Positions 1 through 8,290 of a DNA stretch of 32,000 nucleotides are shown in pieces. The stretch comes from Nostoc sp. PCC 7120 = FACHB-418 (GTDB lineage Bacteria > Cyanobacteriota > Cyanobacteriia > Cyanobacteriales > Nostocaceae), in contig NC_003272.1 in the NCBI RefSeq assembly GCF_000009705.1, positions 1,560,001 to 1,592,000 of the forward strand, written 5' to 3'. The notes beneath the pieces were generated by a model. It did no database searches. It worked only from the letters and a program-made list of their open reading frames with translations, and was not told where the DNA came from. Each line of letters starts with the position of its first letter. Position 1 is the first letter of the stretch. The translations under genes were made by a program, and so were the position numbers.

Positions 1-6
1 AAGTCT

Positions 7-34
7 GTCAACAGTCACCCGTCAACCGTCAACA
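7..34. repeat. 7-nt tandem array (GTCAACA/GTCACCC/GTCAACC/GTCAACA)
   Basis: Four consecutive heptamers read directly. The stop codon of the 22..1593 ORF lies inside the array. Confidence 0.7.
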
Positions 35-1593
35 GCTATAATCTCAAACAATCTACCCTGGGGAAAAGTCTTCACTAATTTATGTTTGGCTTCTAGCTGT
101 TTGAGGGTTTTTGCTGATGCTTCCAGAACAAAAACCCTGTCAAACCCATCGGGAATTGTCAGATCATCTCGAATTAGTTTAAATTTAGTGTCTGAGTCAA
201 CTAGATAACTCATGGATAATGCCCGGTCTAGATTTGTGCATAAAACTAGTGGGCGATCGGCTGAACTGATGATTGCCGATGCTTTGGGAAAATGGGGACT
301 ACCAAAAGCATTCCACGATGGTGCAGCAGAAATTGCCAGACAGGAACTCACACCACACAGAATTAAAACTGACAAAGCAAACTGTCCCCATCGCCTGTGT
401 GAGGATTGGCTAGCAGTTAACCAACTACCAATTAAGTATGCAACTATCAATTCCACGGCTAAAACGAAAGGAATTAAATAGCGCATTCTGGTGGTGATAG
501 AACTACCACTCACTAAGTCTTTTAGCATCAGACTCACTCCTGTGGCGATCGCTAGTGCTAGGAGAAAGTTGCTGATTTTTCTCGGTGCATATCGACAAAG
601 TGTATAAAGAGAAATTGCGGCGATCGCGAGTATAATCGGAGTGAAGAACCACTGGGCTGCTTTGAGAAAATTAGGCGAGAAAAAGGGATGATATAAGTCA
701 AGAAAAAGGTTCTGTATACCCTTCAACCAAGCATTGATTAACCCAAATAAAGAACTTTTATCAGACACTTGTTCAACAGAATATTTCAGCATACTGGAAT
801 TTATAAAAGCCCATAACCAAGGTAAAAAAGCTAAGGTACTAATTCCTAATACCAAAAAATATGCAGTTAGACTTTTTAAATTTCTCAGGCTCTCGTTAAT
901 CAAGACATACACTGTATGCGCTACTAAAACAAATGCAAATAGCAAATTAGAGTAAAGCCCAATCACAATACTTAAGCCATAAATCAGCCACCACCATAAA
1001 TTTTTTAGGTGCATAGCCTTAAGTAAACATCCACAGGCAATTACTGTAGTCGCGATCAAAATACTATAAGGGCGGATGATTTGCGCGTATTGTAAATGAA
1101 AGGGAGAAATAGCTACAATTACCGCCGCTACGAATGCTGTAGTTTTAGACACAAATAATTCTAATCCTAACCAGTAAATTGCCCATATTGCAATTACGCT
1201 TAGTAGGGCGGCTAAACTTCTTTGAATTACTAGTCCATTATCAAACCAATTATTAAATAAATATGACCATAAAATTGTCAAAACTGGATAAATCGGAGGA
1301 AATACATAAAGTTTGCTAATTACTTGCTCAATTGATTGAATTAAAGTTTTGTTTGTATCAATAAAGAGATATTTTTGCAGTTCGCCGATACTGAGAATAG
1401 AATTATCAAAGTTTTGGTAGGCTTGGGAGTGTTGTCCATAAATATAGGTCGATGAGAAAGTTTCATCGAAAGAATAAACTTTTTGCTCAAGATGATAAAA
1501 TCTTAAAAATATTCCTAAAATAAGTGCAGCAGTTGAAATAATTAGCAACCAATTAGGAATTTTATAGCGTTCTTCTGATGTTTTATTTTCCAT
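22..1593 (-). CDS. GT-C fold membrane glycosyltransferase (family 39 / ArnT-PMT-like)
   Basis: 523-aa ORF with more than 10 predicted TM helices. An acidic 'SFDETF' motif sits in the first loop after TM1, as in ArnT/PMT-type enzymes. The C-terminal region is soluble. Confidence 0.55.
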   Translation of the reverse strand: MENKTSEERYKIPNWLLIISTAALILGIFLRFYHLEQKVYSFDETFSSTYIYGQHSQAYQNFDNSILSIGELQKYLFIDTNKTLIQSIEQVISKLYVFPPIYPVLTILWSYLFNNWFDNGLVIQRSLAALLSVIAIWAIYWLGLELFVSKTTAFVAAVIVAISPFHLQYAQIIRPYSILIATTVIACGCLLKAMHLKNLWWWLIYGLSIVIGLYSNLLFAFVLVAHTVYVLINESLRNLKSLTAYFLVLGISTLAFLPWLWAFINSSMLKYSVEQVSDKSSLFGLINAWLKGIQNLFLDLYHPFFSPNFLKAAQWFFTPIILAIAAISLYTLCRYAPRKISNFLLALAIATGVSLMLKDLVSGSSITTRMRYLIPFVLAVELIVAYLIGSWLTASQSSHRRWGQFALSVLILCGVSSCLAISAAPSWNAFGSPHFPKASAIISSADRPLVLCTNLDRALSMSYLVDSDTKFKLIRDDLTIPDGFDRVFVLEASAKTLKQLEAKHKLVKTFPQGRLFEIIAVDG

Positions 1594-1747
1594 ACATAAA
1601 TGAAGCTTTATAACTAGAAAATATTTTTATGTTAGATATCTTAAAATTAGCAGAAAAAACATGGTGACCATATATAATTTCGATACACCATAACCCAATA
1701 CGTTTCAGTTAAGTCTAAAATCTGGGGTTTTTGAAGTAAGGAAGACT

Positions 1748-1836
1748 TCGTAGTAAGGACTACCCTGCGGGAACGCTCCGCGAACAGTCCTTAGATGAAA
1801 ACTAAAGTCCTCTCTACGAGACGCTACGCGAACACT
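1748..1836. repeat. Nostoc-type intergenic repeat cluster
   Basis: Inverted 8-mers 'taaggact' (1754-1761) and 'agtcctta' (1786-1793). Direct near-repeats 'cgggaacgctccgcgaaca' and 'cgagacgctacgcgaaca'. Confidence 0.5.
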
Positions 1837-2083
1837 ACAAACTATTTTCTTAACTGAACTGTATTGCACCATAGCCGCCTCATCTAGTGGGTAGGACTTC
1901 TTCCAAATTGATCGAATATACTTTAATTATGGGTATTAACTTATTTTTTACGGTTTATATTGCCCACCCTATCACGAATTCTTAATATTTAAAGATATAT
2001 TCAATAAGACGTAAAATTTTTCGTCACGGATAGATAACAATTAATCAATAATTGCACATTTAAATCCTTAGTTTTTACCTCAA

Positions 2084-2527
2084 TTAGGAATCACTATCAC
2101 TATCTTTTTGATATCCATTGCGTTCGCGTTTCAAACTTTCCTCTAAAGCTTGAATTTGCTCCCGACGAGCTTCTAATTCTAGAGAGCGGCGTGCCAAATC
2201 TTGGTTTTGTATAGTTAAGGACTGTCTCCACTGTTCTGCTCTTTCTACTTCCTGTTGCAACAATTCTGGAGTCATACCACTACTGAGATAGATTTGCAAA
2301 ATATTTAGTACCCAGCTACTAGCATCCTCTAATTTTTCGATTTCACCCGTAGGGGAAAGTTCCACTAAAACCAGCAAATTATCGCTGATGGTGTTGCCTT
2401 TACCCAGAAGAATAAAAGCTTCTTCTGGGATTATTGTCCATAGATAGTCAGCTTCTTGACGCGCTAATAAGCGTAGTTGATACTGATCTAAAAACTCATT
2501 TTTATGCACCTGGGCTAGATATAGCAT
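2084..2527 (-). CDS. Hypothetical protein with C-terminal coiled coil
   Basis: 147-aa ORF immediately downstream of valS on the same strand. The C-terminal heptad-like, charged segment is 'QDLARRSLELEARREQIQALEESLKRE'. I recognise no catalytic motif. Confidence 0.5.
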   Translation of the reverse strand: MLYLAQVHKNEFLDQYQLRLLARQEADYLWTIIPEEAFILLGKGNTISDNLLVLVELSPTGEIEKLEDASSWVLNILQIYLSSGMTPELLQQEVERAEQWRQSLTIQNQDLARRSLELEARREQIQALEESLKRERNGYQKDSDSDS

Positions 2528-2604
2528 GACTTTAGTTGTGCGTTCATTTCAAATTTTAAGTTTATATAGTATTGTGAAGTTTTAATTTTTGAATAATTTT
2601 TAAC

Positions 2605-2654
2605 TTTGCAAAAGGTAATGAGATAGTTAGAAATTTCTCATTACCTTTTGCAAA
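2605..2654 (-). terminator. 19-bp perfect-stem hairpin between valS and the downstream ORF
   Basis: Arm 'tttgcaaaaggtaatgaga' (2605-2623) pairs perfectly with 2636-2654 around a 12-nt loop. It lies about 25 nt after the valS stop. No clean U-tract follows on either strand. Confidence 0.35.
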
Positions 2655-2678
2655 TATGCTAAATCGCGTAGGTGATGC

Positions 2679-5600
2679 CTACACCAACGTCTGAAGGCGT
2701 AAGCGCAAAATCTCCACTTGTTTTTCTGCCTCAGCTAAAGCATCTCGTGCAGCTTGCACTACATCGGCTGGAGCTTTATCGACAAACTTAGGATTACTTA
2801 ACCGACCTTTGAGAGATTGAGCTTCAGTCTCCGCTTTGCTGATGCTCCTCTCTAGTTTGGCACGTAGAGTTTCAATGTCCACTACACCAGCTAGAGGTAT
2901 AACAACTTGTACAGTCCCTACCACACCAGCGATAGATTTTTCTGCTGCTTCTGGCGCTTGCTGTACTGTCCCTGAAAGATTCTTTTCAGTGGGTGGAGCG
3001 AAGAACTTAGCTAAAAATCTTTTTCTAGCTGGGGTAGATAATAAGTTACGGGTAACAAACCAAGCAGAGTAACCCAAACCAACAATTTCAAAGAAAGTCC
3101 CCAGGAAAGGAACATTATCAACTGTATCCGCTACAGCCAAGGCTACCCTGAGAAAAACAAGGCCGGCGATAACTAAGCCGATAGTTTTTAAACCCTTTTG
3201 GGGTTTCTTTTTTGTAACTGTTGACGGCTGTTGTCCAGCAGCAATGGTCAAAGTCTCCACTTTGGCTAAATCTTTAATATAAGATTGACCAGCCATGAGG
3301 ATTTGTCTTTCTGATTCACTGTCAGTTTGCAAATTAGCGATAATTTTTGCCCCTGGCTTCACCTCTGCTTCGGCGCGTAAGTTGCGAATTGTGCGGATAG
3401 TACCAATCAACAAGTCAAACTGTGTTTCCAAGGCTGGATTTATCAAGTTTACATCTGCTTGGGGATAGGCTTGTAAAGCTAATGTTTGTGGAGAATCTTC
3501 TGGTTGTTGGGTGAGAGTCTGCCAAATTTCCTCTGTAATGTGGGGCATAAAGGGATGCAATAGCTTGAGAATCCCTTCGAGGACGTAGGCGAGGGTTTGT
3601 TGTGCTGCTTTACGTGATAAAGGGTCTGCGTCCTTTTGCAGCCTAGATTTTACTAGTTCAATATACCAATCGCAGAAATCGCCCCAAATAAATTCGTAAA
3701 TTCCTTTGGCTGCTTCCCCTAAACCGTAATTGTCGATGTAATGGGTAGTTTGCTTGATAACTTGATGATAGCGGGAAATAATCCAGCGATCAGCCAAGCT
3801 GGGCGGAACGCCATCGCTCAATTCTAGGGATTGGGAATTCCCAGTACCCAGTCCCAAGTCCCCAGTACTCAATCCATCCAAATTCATCATCACAAACCGG
3901 GCAGCGTTCCACAACTTATTGGCAAAGTTGCGGGATGCTTCTACCGAGGGTGATTCATCTTTTTTGCGGTCATATTCCAAGCGGATATCTTGACCAGCAC
4001 CAGCTACTTCCCTAACTAAGGTGTAGCGCAGGGCATCAGTACCGTATTTATCAATCAGTAACAATGGGTCAATTCCATTGTTCGCTGACTTCGACATCTT
4101 TTTATTATTTTCATCCCTGACCAAACCGTGAATATAAACGGTCTGAAACGGCATTTGTCCTGTGAAATGCCCAGCCATCATAGTCATTCTGGCTACCCAG
4201 AAAAAGATGATGTCAAAACCTGTAACTAAGGTAGTGGTGGGGTAGTATTTGGCTAAATCTGGGGTTTGTTCTGGCCAGCCTAAGGTAGAAAAAGGCCACA
4301 GTCCTGAAGAAAACCAAGTATCTAGTACATCTGGGTCTTGTTCTAGTTGGACATTCTCCCCAAATTGTGATTTAGCTTTCTCCCACGCTTCATTGGTAGA
4401 TTTTGCCACTACAAAAGGCGTGTTATCGGTAATTTGTCCGTTGGTTTCACTCACCGCGTACCAGGCGGGGATTTGATGACCCCACCATAATTGTCGAGAG
4501 ATACACCAATCCCGCAGGTTTACCAACCAGTCACGGTAAACCTTTGTCCAGCGTTGGGGAACAAACTCTGGGCTATTTTTTTCGTCGAGAAATGCTAACG
4601 ATTTATCTGCTAGGGGGCGAATTTTTACGAACCATTGAGTAGATAATAGAGGTTCAACAGGAACCTTACCGCGATCGCTATAGGGTACGGTATGCTTATA
4701 ATCTTCTATCTTCACCAAAAAACCATCTGTTTCTAGGCGAGATACTACGTTCTTCCTTGCCACAAAGCGGTCTTGTCCCGCAAACTCCCCACCATTGGCG
4801 TTGAGTGTACCATCTTTATTCAAGATGTTAATAAACGGCAGATTGTGACGCTTACCCATTTCAAAATCGTTGAGGTCATGGGCGGGAGTCACTTTTACGC
4901 AACCTGTACCGAAAGCAGGGTCAACTAACTCATCACTAATAATGGGAATTTCCTGTTGTGTAATTGGCAGTGTGAGGGTTTTCCCAATCAGATGTTTATA
5001 TCTGTCATCATTGGGATTAACTGCAACAGCCGTATCACCAAGCATGGTTTCCGGTCGAGTCGTTGCTACTTCCACATAACCAGAACCATCGGTCAGAGGA
5101 TACCGGAAATGCCAAAGATTCCCCTCAACCTCTTTTGATTCCACCTCTACATCAGACACAGCTGACTGAGTAGCTGGACACCAATTCACCAAATATTCAC
5201 CACGATAAATCAAACCTTCATCGTAGAGACTGACAAAAGCTTCTGCTACAGCCTTAGATAAGCCCTCATCTAAAGTAAACCTCTCCCGCGACCAATCTAC
5301 CGAAACACCCAAACGTCGCAGCTGATTAACAATGGTTCCCCCTGATTCCGCCTTCCACTGCCAAGAACGTTCTAAAAATTTCTCACGTCCCAACTCTTGG
5401 CGAGTTTTGCCCTCAGCTTTGAGTTGTTTTTCTAGAATTGTATGGACTGCAATACTGGCGTGGTCAGTTCCGGGTAGCCACAAGGTATTACGCCCCTGCA
5501 TCCGGTGATAGCGCACCAGGGTATCAATCAACGCACTCTCGAAGGCGTGACCCATGTGCAGACTACCAGTAACATTTGGTGGCGGAATCACGACGCAATA

Positions 5601-5723
5601 AGGTTCACCACCCTTGTTAGGGTCAGCTTTGTAAATTTGGTTTTCTTCCCAGAATTTTTGCCACTTGGCTTCAGTGGTAAACGGATCGTAGAGACTGGGA
5701 AGATTGGTTATAGTTGCGGTCAT
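2679..5723 (-). CDS. valS: Valyl-tRNA synthetase with CAAD membrane-anchor insertion
   Basis: Class I HIGH-type motif '[12 protein letters not shown]' and KMSKS motif 'KMSKS'. The length and C-terminal coiled coil are typical of ValRS. About 102 extra aa with two hydrophobic helices sit before the coiled coil. Confidence 0.95.
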   Translation of the reverse strand: MTATITNLPSLYDPFTTEAKWQKFWEENQIYKADPNKGGEPYCVVIPPPNVTGSLHMGHAFESALIDTLVRYHRMQGRNTLWLPGTDHASIAVHTILEKQLKAEGKTRQELGREKFLERSWQWKAESGGTIVNQLRRLGVSVDWSRERFTLDEGLSKAVAEAFVSLYDEGLIYRGEYLVNWCPATQSAVSDVEVESKEVEGNLWHFRYPLTDGSGYVEVATTRPETMLGDTAVAVNPNDDRYKHLIGKTLTLPITQQEIPIISDELVDPAFGTGCVKVTPAHDLNDFEMGKRHNLPFINILNKDGTLNANGGEFAGQDRFVARKNVVSRLETDGFLVKIEDYKHTVPYSDRGKVPVEPLLSTQWFVKIRPLADKSLAFLDEKNSPEFVPQRWTKVYRDWLVNLRDWCISRQLWWGHQIPAWYAVSETNGQITDNTPFVVAKSTNEAWEKAKSQFGENVQLEQDPDVLDTWFSSGLWPFSTLGWPEQTPDLAKYYPTTTLVTGFDIIFFWVARMTMMAGHFTGQMPFQTVYIHGLVRDENNKKMSKSANNGIDPLLLIDKYGTDALRYTLVREVAGAGQDIRLEYDRKKDESPSVEASRNFANKLWNAARFVMMNLDGLSTGDLGLGTGNSQSLELSDGVPPSLADRWIISRYHQVIKQTTHYIDNYGLGEAAKGIYEFIWGDFCDWYIELVKSRLQKDADPLSRKAAQQTLAYVLEGILKLLHPFMPHITEEIWQTLTQQPEDSPQTLALQAYPQADVNLINPALETQFDLLIGTIRTIRNLRAEAEVKPGAKIIANLQTDSESERQILMAGQSYIKDLAKVETLTIAAGQQPSTVTKKKPQKGLKTIGLVIAGLVFLRVALAVADTVDNVPFLGTFFEIVGLGYSAWFVTRNLLSTPARKRFLAKFFAPPTEKNLSGTVQQAPEAAEKSIAGVVGTVQVVIPLAGVVDIETLRAKLERSISKAETEAQSLKGRLSNPKFVDKAPADVVQAARDALAEAEKQVEILRLRLQTLV
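3840..3867 (-). repeat. Four STRR1-type heptamers in frame inside valS
   Basis: The coding strand reads ACTGGGG ACTTGGG ACTGGGT ACTGGGA and encodes 'TGDLGLGTG' within '[20 protein letters not shown]'. Confidence 0.75.
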
Positions 5724-5794
5724 TCTGGGAAATTTCAGTTTGGAAGGACTCTAATAAATTTTGCCACAGGGTTGAGGATTGAAGAGAATAACAG

Positions 5795-5820
5795 CTGTCA
5801 ACTGTCAACTGTCAACTGAC
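5795..5820. repeat. 7-nt tandem array (CTGTCAA x3.7)
   Basis: Read directly. It overlaps the last codons and stop of the 5798..6757 ORF (tail '...TGQLTVDS'). Confidence 0.8.
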
Positions 5821-6757
5821 CAGTCCTATTTCTCCCATCCAAAAATTTGAGTTGATGGTAGAGACAGTTAATTTGCGGTAAGTTTACACCAACTTCTTGA
5901 GCTTTGTGTAGTGGGTTGCCAACAATGGCTTCTACTTCTAAGGGACGGCACTCATCATAGTCGATTTTCATACTAGTGCGGTAAGGCTTCATTTTTACTG
6001 TGTAATCAAGCATGGTTTGAATAAAACTATCAGGAATATTTCGCCCCATGCTCTTTGCTCCCGCTTTGACTTCATACATTAATTGTTCAACTAACGTACG
6101 AGTATAGGTATCTGCCATTAATTCATCGGTTCTAGCATTGAGAACTACAGACAACCCATTGTAGGGAATATTCCACACCAGTTTTTTCCACCTTCCCAGT
6201 AATAAGTCTTCGAGTAATTCAATAGAAATACCAGCCGTTTGAAAGTCATGGGATATTTGCTGCATCCTATCCGTAATACCCATATTTGAGTATCCATGAG
6301 CATATTCACCCAAAGTAATTTGTCCATAATCTAAGTGATGAATATATCCTGCGCCCACTTTATTAGAACATAGAAAGCATAACCCACCAATTATGTGAAC
6401 TTGAGGGAGAATCTCGGCAATTTCTTCTTCTACACCAAGCCCATTTTGTAATACCAAAACTATTCCATCATTTTTAACAATAGGTGGTAATAACTTTGGT
6501 AGCAAATGATTTTGTGTAGTTTTCAGGGCGACGACTACCACATCACATTTTGGCATCTTTGCCACATCGTTATAAGCGTTAACTTGGGGTAGGGTAAAAT
6601 CGCCATCTTTAGACTCGACCAATAAACCATCCTGATTGACTTTTTCGTAGTCACTTTTGAGTAAAAAATGAACATCCGAACCAGCTTTTTGCAATTTAGC
6701 ACCATAATATCCGCCTAATGCTCCAGTTCCCAGGATGGCGTACTTGCGTTCATTCAT
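5798..6757 (-). CDS. panE: 2-dehydropantoate 2-reductase (ketopantoate reductase, ApbA/PanE family)
   Basis: N-terminal Rossmann motif 'ILGTGALGGYYG', plus 'VVVALKT' and 'LQNGLG' motifs. The ~319 aa length is typical of the family. Confidence 0.75.
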   Translation of the reverse strand: MNERKYAILGTGALGGYYGAKLQKAGSDVHFLLKSDYEKVNQDGLLVESKDGDFTLPQVNAYNDVAKMPKCDVVVVALKTTQNHLLPKLLPPIVKNDGIVLVLQNGLGVEEEIAEILPQVHIIGGLCFLCSNKVGAGYIHHLDYGQITLGEYAHGYSNMGITDRMQQISHDFQTAGISIELLEDLLLGRWKKLVWNIPYNGLSVVLNARTDELMADTYTRTLVEQLMYEVKAGAKSMGRNIPDSFIQTMLDYTVKMKPYRTSMKIDYDECRPLEVEAIVGNPLHKAQEVGVNLPQINCLYHQLKFLDGRNRTGQLTVDS

Positions 6758-6917
6758 AAAGTCTCTACCAAGATTTTTTGATAATTATCATAGAACAGCT
6801 TCCACAAGTAAGGTGCGTTATGGATTATCTTAATATCATGTTTTTAAACAAACTTTGTGATAAAAATTAAAACAGTTTTATAATTTAAAATTCTTGGCAG
6901 AGATTGAGGCGAAACAG

Positions 6918-7319
6918 ATGGCTGATATTGTTGATATTGCGGTTAGTGCTGATAGTTTTAAAACTCTGGTGACAGCTGTACAAGCTGCTGGTTTAGTAGA
7001 AACTTTAAAAAGTCCAGGCCCGTTTACTGTTTTTGCACCAAATGACGATGCTTTTGCTAAGTTACCCCCAGGAACCATACAAACTTTGGTGCAGAATATT
7101 CCCCAATTGACCAGGATATTAACGTACCATGTGGTACCTGGCAAGCTGAAGCAGGCTGATTTGGCAAAACTCGGCACAGTGACATCGGTTGAAGGTTCAC
7201 CGATTAAAATTGATTGTGCTGACGGTTTTGAAGTGAAAAATGCCACAGTTTTAGCCGCAGATATCGAAGCGGATAACGGTATCATTCACGTCATAGACAC
7301 TGTAATATTGATGGGTTGA
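6918..7319 (+). CDS. Fasciclin (FAS1) domain protein
   Basis: FAS1 hallmarks '[11 protein letters not shown]', 'LTYHVVPG' and '[14 protein letters not shown]'. I prefer the ATG at 6918, which has GAGG 9 nt upstream, over the TTG at 6894 in the ORF track. No signal peptide is visible. Confidence 0.85.
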   Translation: MADIVDIAVSADSFKTLVTAVQAAGLVETLKSPGPFTVFAPNDDAFAKLPPGTIQTLVQNIPQLTRILTYHVVPGKLKQADLAKLGTVTSVEGSPIKIDCADGFEVKNATVLAADIEADNGIIHVIDTVILMG

Positions 7320-7326
7320 TTTTCCC

Positions 7327-7349
7327 TTAGGTGGGCATTACCCACCTAA
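7327..7349. terminator. Hairpin between convergent genes ('ttaggtggg catta cccacctaa')
   Basis: 9-bp perfect stem with a 5-nt loop between the fasciclin gene (+) and the GNAT gene (-). No strong U-tract. It contains the recurrent GGGCATT(N)CCCACC motif. Confidence 0.35.
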
Positions 7350-7353
7350 TTAC

Positions 7354-7875
7354 TTAAACTTTGGAAAAAGCCGGCGGATAAATAACTTTTCCTTGATATT
7401 TTTCTTGATAACTTTGTAGTGTTTTGACCATAAATACATCGTCTGGTACTGGAAAAGGACTCTCAATTTTACAGTTAACAGAAGGGATAAAACCAAAACG
7501 AGAATAAAACTGAGGATACCCTAATACAATAACTAAACTTTCTCCTCTTGCATCTGCTTTTTCTAAACCTGTTTTGACTAGAGCGCTGCCAATTCCTTTT
7601 CTTTGAAATTCAGGATGAACAGCCATAGGTGCTAACCCCAGCACTTGTAGGTTCTCTTCTCCTACTAACTCAATATAGCTAAAAAGAATATGCCAGACCA
7701 CGATATGATTAATTTCGTAAATTAATGATAATTCTGGAATATAAAACTCGGAAATACGAATTTCATCAATTAATTGTGTTTCATTCTCTTGACCAAAAGA
7801 TAAGTTGTTTACTTCGGAAATAGCTAAATAATCTGCGTCAGTTTCACAGCGTATATTCATCATGTTAACATCCAT
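7354..7875 (-). CDS. GNAT family N-acetyltransferase
   Basis: Acetyl-CoA binding motif 'FQRKGIGSALV' and a ~170 aa length. The start is uncertain because there are several Met codons within the first 6 residues. Confidence 0.8.
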   Translation of the reverse strand: MDVNMMNIRCETDADYLAISEVNNLSFGQENETQLIDEIRISEFYIPELSLIYEINHIVVWHILFSYIELVGEENLQVLGLAPMAVHPEFQRKGIGSALVKTGLEKADARGESLVIVLGYPQFYSRFGFIPSVNCKIESPFPVPDDVFMVKTLQSYQEKYQGKVIYPPAFSKV

Positions 7876-8174
7876 CCTAAAAACCTAGTTTTTTGATATT
7901 TTAGCTAAGTTTATCCCCGCTATAAATTTCCTCTCATAGACACTTATAAGAATTAAATAAATGAACTTTCATTTCATCAAAAGCATTGTGTCAAATAATA
8001 AAAACTTGCTATTTGCTTTACGTATTACCCTTTTAGTTACATTGTTCAGAGTTTATATGAACGTCTGTAACATATTGCTTGCACTTTCTTGAGTAATTTC
8101 TATCTATAGGACTCATACTTGATTTTTGAAATACACGTAGGGGAGCCACTGCGTTGGTAAAGCAGTACGGTCTT

Positions 8175-8290
8175 GGGGTTTCCCCAAGTGGAGTAACTGC
8201 TGAAAGGGTTTCCCGGCTTGGAGCAAGTGGCGTTGGGCATTGCCCACCCTACAGATACTGAGAATTTTTCAGAAATCAAATCTGATTCCT
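8175..8290. repeat. Dispersed Nostoc-type repeats
   Basis: Two direct ~26-nt units are 'ggggtttccccaagtggagtaactgc' and 'agggtttcccggcttggagcaagtggc'. They are followed by 'gggcattgcccaccctacagatac...aaatcaaatctgattcct', which recurs at 19128-19184. Confidence 0.65.

Noticed and set aside
212-955. Plus-strand ORFs 212..481 and 734..955
   Set aside because: Both lie entirely inside and antisense to the 523-aa membrane glycosyltransferase ORF. Neither has an RBS or a recognisable motif.
5724-5797. Leader, riboswitch or T-box upstream of valS
   Set aside because: Only about 74 nt separate valS from the upstream gene, and part of that is a heptamer array. This is too short, and no conserved leader motif is recognisable.
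6878-7285. 135-aa minus-strand ORF overlapping the fasciclin gene
   Set aside because: The plus-strand frame carries unmistakable FAS1 motifs. The antisense frame has no motif and a low-complexity composition.
7961-8092. 43-aa hydrophobic small ORF (MNFHFIKSIVSNNKN...) in the GNAT/TPR intergenic region
   Set aside because: It has no RBS and lies in an AT-rich region where such frames arise by chance, with no flanking promoter or terminator signal.
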